This document shows, piece by piece, positions 1 through 9,905 of a DNA stretch of 32,000 nucleotides. Below the pieces are notes generated by a model. That model had not been told where the DNA came from and did no database searches. It was given only the letters and a program-made list of their open reading frames with translations. The stretch is from positions 600,001 through 632,000 of the forward strand of contig JBAZVE010000001.1 in the NCBI GenBank assembly GCA_041661045.1, written 5' to 3'. Positions within the stretch are counted from its first letter, which is position 1. Every line of letters starts with the position of its first letter. The DNA comes from Candidatus Saccharimonadota bacterium. GTDB lineage: Bacteria; Patescibacteriota; Gracilibacteria; UBA1369; 2-02-FULL-48-14. A program made the position numbers and the translations under genes.

Positions 1-93
1 TTATATCAAACAATTTGATTCACGCGACTTCGCATGATCACTAAAAACAAAAAATTTCCTTTATTCATCCTTTAATCCCTTAACCCAAATTAT

Positions 94-324
94 ATGGATG
101 CAGAAATGATGAAAATGCTCGCCGCTGCGCTCGCAGTTGCAGTGGGAGTTACCGCTCCGGCCCTCGGAGAAGCCCACATCGCCGCTAAGACGATGGAATC
201 TGTTAGCCGTAACCCAGAAATGGGAGGAAAGATGTTCACCAACATGTTGATCAGCATGGCCTTCGTGGAATCTCTTGGAGTTTACTCCTTCCTTGTTGCT
301 TTGATCATTATGTTCGTTTTGTAA
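94..324 (+). CDS. atpE: F-type ATP synthase Fo subunit c (proteolipid)
   Basis: 76-aa two-helix hairpin with polar loop R-N-P-E. Helix-2 carboxylate lies in FVESLGVYS. First gene of a canonical c-b-delta-alpha-gamma-beta-epsilon order. Confidence 0.93.
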   Translation: MDAEMMKMLAAALAVAVGVTAPALGEAHIAAKTMESVSRNPEMGGKMFTNMLISMAFVESLGVYSFLVALIIMFVL

Positions 325-334
325 TTTTTATTTA

Positions 335-351
335 ACCCCGCTTAGCGGGGT
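335..351 (+). promoter_or_regulatory. Intra-operon stem-loop between atpE and atpF (ACCCCGC-tta-GCGGGGT)
   Basis: Perfect 7-bp GC-rich inverted repeat with a 3-nt loop, 11 nt after the atpE stop. No T-tract follows, so it is not a classical terminator. It could be an mRNA stability or partial-attenuation element. Confidence 0.35.
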
Positions 352-369
352 GTTAACAGCCCCTTACTT

Positions 370-879
370 ATGCAAGGTTTAGCTACCCTCGGAATTGATC
401 CGCTGAGTATCCTATTGTATCTGCTCAATACGGGGCTGCTTCTTGTCGTTTTAATTTACGTTCTTTATAAGCCAATTCTTCGCTACCTCGATCAAAGAAG
501 AGATCAAATAAGAAGGAGCGTGGAAGAGGCACAACTTTTGAAAGTCGAGCTCGATAAAAAGTCCGTTGAAGCTGAAGAAGCTTCCAAGAAAGCAGAAGAA
601 ACGCTCAAACGCGAAATGGAAAATCTCCGCAAGTTTACGGAGGACAAACGCGCTGAGTTGACTGCCGAAATGGAAATGGCCCGCAATGAAATGCTGGCCA
701 AGGCGGATGCAGACATCACTCGTCGAAAAGAGGAGCTCATGAAAGATGCCGAACGGGCAACCATGGACCTCATCAAGAAAGTTGTGCTCCACATTGTTCA
801 GAATAAAGTTCCTGAAGAAGTGGTGGAAGCCAGCATCCAGGACAGTTGGAAGCAATTTAACAGCGCCGACAGGCGTTAA
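370..879 (+). CDS. atpF: F-type ATP synthase Fo subunit b
   Basis: 169 aa. One N-terminal hydrophobic helix (LSILLYLLNTGLLLVVLIYVLY) followed by a long, highly charged helical region. Position between c and delta. Confidence 0.85.
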   Translation: MQGLATLGIDPLSILLYLLNTGLLLVVLIYVLYKPILRYLDQRRDQIRRSVEEAQLLKVELDKKSVEAEEASKKAEETLKREMENLRKFTEDKRAELTAEMEMARNEMLAKADADITRRKEELMKDAERATMDLIKKVVLHIVQNKVPEEVVEASIQDSWKQFNSADRR

Positions 880-884
880 TCAAA

Positions 885-1520
885 ATGTTTAAAGATTTCC
901 TCAGCGCACTCGTTCTAGAAATCCTTCGTTCCTTCAAAAAGGAAGGTGGTTTCGCGGGCCCAAAAATCTACAAAGATTATTTGGACGGTGTGAGTGAAGA
1001 GGATTTGATGAGTGATCTCCGTTTGGTCTTTCAAGTGATCAACGGGATGGACCTCAACTCCCTCAACCTAAAAGGAAGTGCGTTTTTTAAAAGCACTTTA
1101 CGGTTCTTTGCTGAAGATTTCGCTTCTAAACTGGATGCACTGGGGGGCAGTTTCTATTTGCTCCCCTATGAAGAACGCAAGAAAAAGGCAGAGCAGCTCA
1201 TTGAGGGCGACTCCCACACGGTAGCGGCGCTTCGAGATCTTTTGGTTACGAATTCATACCAGGAAATCACCGAAGCCATTGAACAACTTTCCAAAAGTGT
1301 TGCCGATGCAGGTACCATTGTGGTGCAGACACCCCGGGACATTGATCCCGAACTTAAAAAAGAAATGCGCGCGAAACTTGCGGCGGATTTTCCGCTCACT
1401 TTTCCCGCTTTTCAAATCAACCGTCAACTCATTGGCGGGTTTCGAGTCTTTGTTAACGGCAAGTCTCATGACCTTTCTTGGTTCTCTCAAGTTCAAAAAC
1501 TCACTTCTCTAAAATCTTAA
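885..1520 (+). CDS. atpH: F-type ATP synthase F1 subunit delta (OSCP)
   Basis: 211 aa, positioned between b and alpha. The C-terminal GGFRVFVNGKSHDLS resembles the conserved delta C-terminal GG-x-[IV]-x-[IV]-G-x-x-x-x-D-x-S segment. Somewhat longer than typical. Confidence 0.75.
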   Translation: MFKDFLSALVLEILRSFKKEGGFAGPKIYKDYLDGVSEEDLMSDLRLVFQVINGMDLNSLNLKGSAFFKSTLRFFAEDFASKLDALGGSFYLLPYEERKKKAEQLIEGDSHTVAALRDLLVTNSYQEITEAIEQLSKSVADAGTIVVQTPRDIDPELKKEMRAKLAADFPLTFPAFQINRQLIGGFRVFVNGKSHDLSWFSQVQKLTSLKS

Positions 1521-1526
1521 CAATTT

Positions 1527-3035
1527 ATGGCTAAAGAAACTTTACATCAATTTCTGGCTCACATTGAGACCGCGCTCACGCAGTCTGAAGAAGCTAGTGA
1601 GGCCGGCGGAAACCATGGGGTTATTCAGTCTTATAAAGACGGAGTAATTTGGATTAAAGGCCTTTCCAATTTAAAAATGAACGAGGTAGTGAAAATTGAA
1701 GGTGTAGAAGTGGAAGCGCTCGTGATGAATCTTGAAAAAGACTCTGCGTACGCTCTGGTACTGCAGGCTAATCGTGGAGTTCGTGAAGGACTCTTCGTTC
1801 GCGCGACTGGACAATCCATGTCTCTTCCCGTGAGTGAAGAACTCCTCGGACGCGTGGTGGACCCTCTTGGGACTCCGCTCGATGGACAAAGCCCCATTAA
1901 AGGGGACAAGCGGATGCCACATGAGGCTCCGGCTCCATCCGTGATGGTTCGAAAATCCGTGCACCAACCGGTGCAGACCGGAATCGTGGCCATCGACTCT
2001 TTGATTCCCGTAGGTCGTGGACAACGCGAACTTATTATTGGAGATCGTCAGACCGGTAAAACAACGATTGCAATCGACACTATCATCAATCAAAAAGACC
2101 AAAATATGGTCTGTATTTATGTCGCTATTGGACAACGCGAATCTCGCACTGCTCAGGTTATTGAGACCTTGAAACGACACGGAGCCATGGATTACACCAT
2201 TGTGGTGTCTGCTCCCGCCGCTTCTTCCGCCGTTATGCAATACTTGGCGCCTTATGCCGGATGTGCCGTTGGAGAATATTTTATGGCCAAAGGAAAAGAT
2301 GTGCTCGTGATTTACGACGATCTTTCCAAGCACGCTGTGGCTTACCGTGAAATGTCCTTGCTGCTCCGCCGACCTCCCGGACGCGAAGCGTACCCTGGAG
2401 ATGTATTCTACCTCCACTCCCGCTTGCTCGAACGAGCCGCTAAGCTCAACGATGAAAATGGAGGAGGAAGTCTCACGGCTTTGCCCATCATTGAAACGCA
2501 GGCCGCGGATGTTTCCGCGTACATTCCTACGAATGTGATTTCTATTACAGACGGACAAATCTTCTTGGAACCTCAACTTTTCAACAAGGGTATTCGTCCC
2601 GCTATTAATGTGGGTATCTCCGTTTCCCGTGTGGGAGGTGCAGCTCAAACCAAGATCATTAAGAAAGTGTCCGGATCTGTGAAGCTCGACCTTGCGCAGT
2701 ATTACGAATTGGAAGCGTTCTCTCAATTTGCTTCTGAACTCGATGCTTCGACCAAGGCTCAGCTCACTCGTGGAAAACGCGTGGTGGAAGCTTTGAAGCA
2801 AGGCGTGAATCAACCCCTCAAGTTGTGGCAAGAAGCCTTTGTGCTTTACAGCGCGACCAAGGGTTACCTCGATAGCATTGAGGCCGAAGAAGTGGGTCCA
2901 AAAGTGAAGGCACTCTACGCTCTTGTGGAAAGTAGCCATTCAGATTTGGTGAAGGAAATTGAGACCAAAAAAGAACTCAGTGCTGAAATTGAAAGCAGCA
3001 TGAAAGGTATTATTGAGAAATTCTTTAACGCTTAA
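1527..3035 (+). CDS. atpA: F-type ATP synthase F1 subunit alpha
   Basis: 502 aa. Walker A GDRQTGKT; conserved blocks [29 protein letters not shown] and ITDGQIFLE. Confidence 0.98.
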   Translation: MAKETLHQFLAHIETALTQSEEASEAGGNHGVIQSYKDGVIWIKGLSNLKMNEVVKIEGVEVEALVMNLEKDSAYALVLQANRGVREGLFVRATGQSMSLPVSEELLGRVVDPLGTPLDGQSPIKGDKRMPHEAPAPSVMVRKSVHQPVQTGIVAIDSLIPVGRGQRELIIGDRQTGKTTIAIDTIINQKDQNMVCIYVAIGQRESRTAQVIETLKRHGAMDYTIVVSAPAASSAVMQYLAPYAGCAVGEYFMAKGKDVLVIYDDLSKHAVAYREMSLLLRRPPGREAYPGDVFYLHSRLLERAAKLNDENGGGSLTALPIIETQAADVSAYIPTNVISITDGQIFLEPQLFNKGIRPAINVGISVSRVGGAAQTKIIKKVSGSVKLDLAQYYELEAFSQFASELDASTKAQLTRGKRVVEALKQGVNQPLKLWQEAFVLYSATKGYLDSIEAEEVGPKVKALYALVESSHSDLVKEIETKKELSAEIESSMKGIIEKFFNA

Positions 3036-3037
3036 AA

Positions 3038-3931
3038 ATGTCCGGTTCATTACTCGAAATTCGAAAGCGGATCGGCAGCGTAAAAAATACGCGCAAGATC
3101 ACCAAGGCTATGCAGCTTGTGGCTGCGAGCAAGATGCGTCAGTTCCAAAAACGCGCTGTTTCTGCACGACGATATGTCTGGGATCTTATTGATCTTTTGG
3201 AAGAAAATATTTTAGTGCAAAGCTCGTACACCGAGAAACGAGAAAAAGGACAGGTGCTCTTTGTGCTCTACACTTCCGATAAAGGACTGTGTGGATCCCT
3301 CAACACCAAGCTCATCAACGGACTTTTCCGCAGCGAGCGATGGAACAGTTTGGCAGAGGATGAACGCATGCTCGTGACCCTGGGTAAAAAGGGAACTGAC
3401 TTTGCCCGCAACAACAAGATTCACATCGACAAGCATTTTATTGGAGTGCCTGAAAAAATGAACAATGTGGAGGCGCTGAAATTGGTGGATGAACTGCTTG
3501 GATTTTGGCGCAGTGGGGCGGCTAAGGAAATTATTCTGGTGGCTCCGCACTACAAAAACTCTTTCACTTTTTATCCTGTGCTCAAGACTTTCCTCCCGTT
3601 CACTCGGGAGATGGTGGAGAGCAATATTGGGACTGAAGAAAACAAGCACCGTCGCAATAAAAAGCCCGACGATTTGATGATTTACGAACCCAGCAAAGAA
3701 TTTGTGGTGAGTCGTTTGCACGAACAAGTGGTGTCCTCACTCTTCTTGGAATCTTTCTTGGAACTCAAAGCCAGCGAATATTCCAGCCGTATGATGGCCA
3801 TGCAAAGTGCCACCGATGCCGCCGACAAAATCACGGCCGCTCTCTCCCTTCAATACAACAAAGCTCGTCAGCAAGCCATCACGCAAGAAATTGCCGAATT
3901 GGTGGGTGCGAGTGCCGCAATATCTAACTAA
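3038..3931 (+). CDS. atpG: F-type ATP synthase F1 subunit gamma
   Basis: 297 aa. The N-terminal IRKRIGSVKNTRKITKAMQLVAASKMR and C-terminal YNKARQQAITQEIAELVGASAA are the conserved gamma coiled-coil ends. Confidence 0.93.
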   Translation: MSGSLLEIRKRIGSVKNTRKITKAMQLVAASKMRQFQKRAVSARRYVWDLIDLLEENILVQSSYTEKREKGQVLFVLYTSDKGLCGSLNTKLINGLFRSERWNSLAEDERMLVTLGKKGTDFARNNKIHIDKHFIGVPEKMNNVEALKLVDELLGFWRSGAAKEIILVAPHYKNSFTFYPVLKTFLPFTREMVESNIGTEENKHRRNKKPDDLMIYEPSKEFVVSRLHEQVVSSLFLESFLELKASEYSSRMMAMQSATDAADKITAALSLQYNKARQQAITQEIAELVGASAAISN

Positions 3932-5347
<1,416 letters not shown>

Positions 5348-5352
5348 TTTCC

Positions 5353-5763
5353 ATGAGTGAATTTCACCTTACAATTCGGACGCCGGAGAAAGATGTTTTT
5401 GATGGCAAAGTGAGCTCGCTGAGTTTCAACACGGAGCTCGGGCGGGTGCAGATTTTGGCGCATCATGCCAATTTCACCACGACTTTGCAGTTTTCGCCGG
5501 TGAAAATAGAAGACCCGGTGGACAATCGGGATCAGAACTTTTTAGCCCGCAGTGGAATCTTTAGTTTTGATCACAAAAAGAACGAGGCTTTGCTCTTGTG
5601 TCTATTCTGTGAAGAACAAAGCCAAGTGAGCTACCAGACCACTGAAGAATACTTGAAATTCCTCACCGCTGAATTGGCGAAAGGAGATCTTAGTGATTTC
5701 CAAGTACTCTTCCTCAAAGGAGAAAGATTGGCGGTGGAAAAGCAGATGAAGGCGGTCAAGTAA
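5353..5763 (+). CDS. atpC: F-type ATP synthase F1 subunit epsilon
   Basis: 136 aa, last gene of the operon. The N-terminal beta-sandwich pattern LTIRTPEKDVFDGKVSSLSFNTELGRVQILAHHANFTTTL matches the epsilon consensus. Confidence 0.8.
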   Translation: MSEFHLTIRTPEKDVFDGKVSSLSFNTELGRVQILAHHANFTTTLQFSPVKIEDPVDNRDQNFLARSGIFSFDHKKNEALLLCLFCEEQSQVSYQTTEEYLKFLTAELAKGDLSDFQVLFLKGERLAVEKQMKAVK

Positions 5764-6505
5764 ACGGTTTCCAAACCTTGAGCAGTGCTTCTACGAAGGC
5801 TAGATTTTCTGCCGTGGAGGGACAGGGGATTTGCTCTACTCTCGTGAGGCCTTTTGACGCACAGTACTCTGGGAACATGTCGAAATATATTCGTCTTTGT
5901 CTCTCGATTGTTAGCATAGGTAGATGCACAAATAGAGCTTTGTCACCAAACTTATCATCATTGAGTTTTCCGGCTTCATTGCAATAAAAAGGTCCCGCAT
6001 TTGAGCTCAATGCTACGGAAGGGAACCGCGCTTCTAATGCAGTTACTACTCGCGCTGGACCCTCTCTTGGCTCCGTCCTGGCTTCGGGGTCTTCTGATGC
6101 GTTTATAATGGCGGTGTCTCCTCCCGGTAGTATGAGTTTATTGCCGAATTGCTGTTCAATGAGTGGGCCTTTTTCAAGATGGCCCTGGCCAAGGGAAAGT
6201 ATGGCTCCCTTTTTACCGAGCTTTCTGTAGACTCCCCTAATAAGCTCGGACTCCAAGAAGTCTCTGGCGATTTGAGGGTTCCCTATATTAGGTAGAGGAA
6301 GGCGTAGTATTTGTACGAGGAGGGTATCTGCTTCCGCGGCTTCCATTAAAACTCGCTTGAGTTTTGGGTTTTCTCGTATTTCTTCAATGATTGCACCGGA
6401 TGGATTTGTGATGATTCCAATAGGTTCCCCCGTATAGCCCTCAGGTGGCTTTGGGATAGAAAAATTTTCGAAGCCGGTTATTGCGAGGATGCGTTTTTCT
6501 GCCAT
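5756..6505 (-). CDS. Peptidase C15 (pyroglutamyl-peptidase I)-like protein, divergent
   Basis: 249 aa. Ordered motifs match the C15 fold and Glu-Cys-His triad spacing: LAITGFENF...ITNPS, LSLGQGH...IEQQ (candidate Glu), SSNAGPFYCNEAG (candidate Cys nucleophile), ALFVHLP (candidate His). Assigned by eye only. Confidence 0.5.
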   Translation of the reverse strand: MAEKRILAITGFENFSIPKPPEGYTGEPIGIITNPSGAIIEEIRENPKLKRVLMEAAEADTLLVQILRLPLPNIGNPQIARDFLESELIRGVYRKLGKKGAILSLGQGHLEKGPLIEQQFGNKLILPGGDTAIINASEDPEARTEPREGPARVVTALEARFPSVALSSNAGPFYCNEAGKLNDDKFGDKALFVHLPMLTIERQRRIYFDMFPEYCASKGLTRVEQIPCPSTAENLAFVEALLKVWKPFT

Positions 6506-6520
6506 AGGCTTTACTATACA

Positions 6521-7615
6521 TCAATCCACGCTTTTGCCAATAGCCGCTTGGAGTGAGGAGTAACCGTCCTTTTTTAAGAGGTGGACGAGGCCGCGGTTGA
6601 TTTCGCTGATGCTTTGGGGGCCTTGGTAGATCATCCCGGTGATCAGCTGGAGTAGGGAGGCGCCGGCTTTGATTTTTTCGTAGGCATCCTTTGCGGTGAA
6701 AATGCCACCGCAGCCGATGAGTACAAATTTTCCGCGGGTCTTTTTGTAGAGATATTTAAGCTGTTCATTGGAAAGATCTTCCACGGCTTTTCCGCTGAGG
6801 CCGCCGAGGCCCAAATCGTGTTTTTTAGTGAGATTGGTGGAAATGAAACCGTGAACGGTGTAGCGGCTTGCGCAGTCCACAATGGTGTCCAGCTCGGAGT
6901 GGGTGAGGTCCGGGGAGAGTTTGATGAAAATGGGTTTTTGGGTTGGGATTTGATCGAGAGCGGTGAGCAGTTTTTCAAGGCGGTCCTCATCCGTGAAGGG
7001 TTGTCCGCCGAAGGCATTGGGGCAGCTTATGTTGATGGTGAAGTAGTCGCCAATGTGGGCGAAGGCTGTGAAAGCCTTGGCGTAATCTTGGATGCCCGCC
7101 TCCGTTTCACAAGTTTCCTTGCAATTGGTCTTGGCGATGCTGGTGCCAATGGGGAAGGCGAAGCGCTGTTTTTTGAGCCGTTTGGCAATGGCGACTGCGC
7201 CGTCGTTTTTGAGGCCGTAATAGACTCGTAACGCTTTTTTATCGGGGTGGCGCCAGAGCCTGGGTTTGGGATTTCCCTCACAAGGCTCTCCGGTAATGGA
7301 GCCCATTTCTTCGTAGCCGAAGCCTGTGCAGGGAATGATTTTAGTGAGGAGGCCGTCTTTGTCAAAACCGGCGGAAAGGCCGATGGGGTTTTTAAAGTGA
7401 ATGCCGAGAATGGTTTGCTCAAGCATGGGGTGGGAATAACCAAAGAGGACTCGGGTGAGGCCGCGAGTGACGGGGTTGCTTCCCAGTAAACGGCCCATAA
7501 AAGTGAAGCGGTCGTGCACAAATTCCGGATCCATTTTAAAGAAAATCGGCTTGAGGAAATGAGCATATTTCCAGCCCAGGAATTTGTTTCGAATTTTAAC
7601 TAAAGTGTCCTTCAT
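6521..7615 (-). CDS. pyrD: Dihydroorotate dehydrogenase, class-2-type scaffold (N-terminal extension) with a Cys at the catalytic-base position
   Basis: 364 aa. The N-terminal FFKMDPEFVHDRFTF...GIHFKNPIGLSAGFDKDG and GFGYEEMGSITGEPCEGNPKPRLWR align with the class 2 (E. coli-type) PyrD blocks. Active-site loop is NISCPNA. C-terminal GGLSGK...GCGGI...GASLLQLITGMIYQGP. ATG at 7615 overlaps the upstream gene stop by 20 nt. Confidence 0.88.
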   Translation of the reverse strand: MKDTLVKIRNKFLGWKYAHFLKPIFFKMDPEFVHDRFTFMGRLLGSNPVTRGLTRVLFGYSHPMLEQTILGIHFKNPIGLSAGFDKDGLLTKIIPCTGFGYEEMGSITGEPCEGNPKPRLWRHPDKKALRVYYGLKNDGAVAIAKRLKKQRFAFPIGTSIAKTNCKETCETEAGIQDYAKAFTAFAHIGDYFTINISCPNAFGGQPFTDEDRLEKLLTALDQIPTQKPIFIKLSPDLTHSELDTIVDCASRYTVHGFISTNLTKKHDLGLGGLSGKAVEDLSNEQLKYLYKKTRGKFVLIGCGGIFTAKDAYEKIKAGASLLQLITGMIYQGPQSISEINRGLVHLLKKDGYSSLQAAIGKSVD

Positions 7616-9884
7616 AGTCGTGGATGCGAGGATCTAAAACGAGGATTTTTTTGCCCTTCCATTCATTGCCCAAAAAGTGCCGGAGCAGCGTTGCATACCG
7701 CAATCCCGCCTGGGGCAGTGTGAACTCTTTGTAGGCATCTTTCAAGCGAGCGGTACGTGCTTTTTGTATGGGGTCCTCCGGGCTGCTGAATGGAATGCGG
7801 TGCAGGGCCAAAAAGGAGAGATTGATGCCCTCTTCCAGAAGGAAGTCCAAGAAACTTTCGTTCCCAACGAATACATTTTTCCCATCGGTTTTTCCGGAAA
7901 GCTTTGTGATTTTGCCCATCCCTCCACTTAGGTTTTGGACCAAAAGTTTGCGGCCCAATTCTTTGCAGGGTTTCGCCAGTTTGTAGAAAAATTGTTCCGC
8001 CGTGGTCATGGAATTGGCGATGATGATGGCATTTCCCTCTTGTTCCGTCAGCCACTTTTTAAGTTCGTTTACGGCTTCTTCAATGTTTTGCGCATCGTTC
8101 GGATTTTTGATGGGGGTTTCTGGATAGTAGAGGGGGAGGGGAAAGATTTCTTCCGCGGATTTGAACAGAGTTTCCGGTGGGAGTCCCAGCTCTTGCTTGA
8201 GGAAAGCGAAGTCATCTTTTAAGTTTCCATGGTTTGCAAAAAGGTGTAAGTTCGGCACGGCTTTCCATACGCGTTCCACAAAAATTTCATGCGTATTTTT
8301 TGGAAAGGCATGAACAATGGGCTGACCTTCTTTGCTGAAAGAAAGCCAAAGGAGCGGACTGTCCATTTGTAGGATTTTGGTGAGGTAGAGGAGGTACCGC
8401 GTGAATTCTTCCAGGTTTGGTGTTTCTTTGCATGATTCACCCAGCGCCGCCGCCGCATTTTCGATGGACTGGGCGGAACCTTTCACTTTGTTCCATTCCG
8501 TGGTGTTGAAATGATGGGCTTCCAAAACCAGGGCGTGCCGAGGGTCATTGGGGGTCCCTTGATTTTGCAGCATCATGCCGAGGAATCCAAAGAGGATGGA
8601 CACTTTTGTGGCCAAGGCGTCGATGAGTTCTTCGGCAGTGGGATTGTCTTTTTTGAGTCTGTGTAAATCTTGGATGAACCGTGTTTCACTGAGTCGTATG
8701 TGCCACGCTTCTTCCAGAGCTTGCACCAATTGCTCGACTTCTCCCACAATCAAATGCTCGGGCAGCTCAAGCAGTGGATCTTTGCGACTGCGGTCTTTTA
8801 AAAGATATTGATGGCTCACCACCATCACTTTTTTCTCCAGTCCTTTGTTTTGCGCACGGGCAAAAAAGGATTGAGGCGTTCCACCTTCTTGGCAAGCCAG
8901 GTCGAACCAAATTTCCTTTTCCTCTTTGATGAATCGTAGCTCTGATTTTTCTCCCGTTTCGGTTTCCAAAAGCCAAAGGCTCATTTTCACCCCGATCATG
9001 GTTTCCACTCCATTGAGGCGCTCTTTTTTAAGGAAAGAATGGAAGCGCTCTTCATCCAAATAATAGCTCGGATGTTTTAAAATTCCTGCGTCCGCATGGG
9101 GCGGTACTTTTTCCGGAGCGGCCACCACGAGGAGAGATTTTTTATCTTGGGCCAGGGCGTACGCCAAAAGATCTTGGTAGGTGTGGCTCCGTTCTTCGAG
9201 CAAAAATGGAGGGGTAAGGTCTTGGCTGAGTTCACTCAAATTGGCGTGCACTTCGCTGTGAACGGCACGATCGGCGTCCTCCGTGGGAGGGATTTTTTCG
9301 CCGCCGGTTTCGTCCAATAATGGGAGCAAGTGTACAGCCCAAGGCCAGTCGCTCTTTTCAAGAAGGGGGCGCACGGTTTCCTTTTCGTTTTGTGAGAGTG
9401 CACGGACATGAGAAGAAATGCGCCAGAATAAGTCTATATTCGCCTTCACATCGTCCAGGGCGCGGTGAGCGCTCACCTGGCAAATATTAAGCTTCTGGCA
9501 GAGGACTTCCAGGCTGTAGCTGGGCTCTTTGGCCAAAAAAGCTTGGGCCAATTGGCAGGTGTCCAGTGGAGCATTCGTAAGGCCGAATCCTTTGGCGTTT
9601 AAAAAACCAATATCAAAGGGGATAAAATGTCCCATAATCGGGTAGTCGCCGAGTTTTTCCAGGATGATGGCCTTGAGTTCCGCCAAACTTGGCGCATCTT
9701 TAACCATTTCATTATTAATCCCCGTGAGATGCATGGTGAAGGCGGGAATACTGACAGAGGGTTTTACCAGGCTGGACCATTCGTCCACAATCTTTTCGTG
9801 GTCGAAACGAACAATAGCCACTTCAATGATGTGGTCATCTTGCGCGCTGAGCCCCGTGGTTTCTAAATCTAAACAAACAAACAT
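7596..9884 (-). CDS. DnaQ-like DEDDh 3'-5' exonuclease fused to a DinG/XPD-like helicase scaffold (ATPase motifs apparently degenerate)
   Basis: 762 aa. Exo I is CLDLETTGL...IIEVA, Exo II is GHFIPFDIGFL, Exo III is HRALDDV. The C-terminal NVFVGNESFLDFL...LHRIPFSSPEDPIQKARTARL...EFTLPQAGLRYATLLRHFLG...ILVLDPRI matches the DinG-type Helicase_C_2 end. I found no GxGKT/S Walker A and no DEAH box. Confidence 0.65.
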   Translation of the reverse strand: MFVCLDLETTGLSAQDDHIIEVAIVRFDHEKIVDEWSSLVKPSVSIPAFTMHLTGINNEMVKDAPSLAELKAIILEKLGDYPIMGHFIPFDIGFLNAKGFGLTNAPLDTCQLAQAFLAKEPSYSLEVLCQKLNICQVSAHRALDDVKANIDLFWRISSHVRALSQNEKETVRPLLEKSDWPWAVHLLPLLDETGGEKIPPTEDADRAVHSEVHANLSELSQDLTPPFLLEERSHTYQDLLAYALAQDKKSLLVVAAPEKVPPHADAGILKHPSYYLDEERFHSFLKKERLNGVETMIGVKMSLWLLETETGEKSELRFIKEEKEIWFDLACQEGGTPQSFFARAQNKGLEKKVMVVSHQYLLKDRSRKDPLLELPEHLIVGEVEQLVQALEEAWHIRLSETRFIQDLHRLKKDNPTAEELIDALATKVSILFGFLGMMLQNQGTPNDPRHALVLEAHHFNTTEWNKVKGSAQSIENAAAALGESCKETPNLEEFTRYLLYLTKILQMDSPLLWLSFSKEGQPIVHAFPKNTHEIFVERVWKAVPNLHLFANHGNLKDDFAFLKQELGLPPETLFKSAEEIFPLPLYYPETPIKNPNDAQNIEEAVNELKKWLTEQEGNAIIIANSMTTAEQFFYKLAKPCKELGRKLLVQNLSGGMGKITKLSGKTDGKNVFVGNESFLDFLLEEGINLSFLALHRIPFSSPEDPIQKARTARLKDAYKEFTLPQAGLRYATLLRHFLGNEWKGKKILVLDPRIHDYEGHFS

Positions 9885-9905
9885 GCGTGGATTCTACCGT
9901 GAATT

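Noticed and set aside
1-93. Possible promoter (TTGATT at 15-20) or remnant of atpB upstream of atpE.
   Set aside because: No acceptable -10 hexamer lies at 16-18 nt spacing, and there is no open frame. The a-subunit gene presumably lies beyond the window start, and this cannot be assessed here.
1671-2939. A 422-aa ORF antisense to atpA. Similar long antisense ORFs occur at 3944-4903 in atpD (319 aa), 12069-12674 in pyrB (201 aa) and 17483-18229 across pyrK/pyrE (248 aa).
   Set aside because: They lie entirely inside genes with unmistakable conserved protein motifs on the other strand. Their translations are low-complexity (His/Ser/Arg/Phe-rich) with no recognisable motif. This is typical stop-codon depletion in the antisense frame of strongly codon-biased genes.
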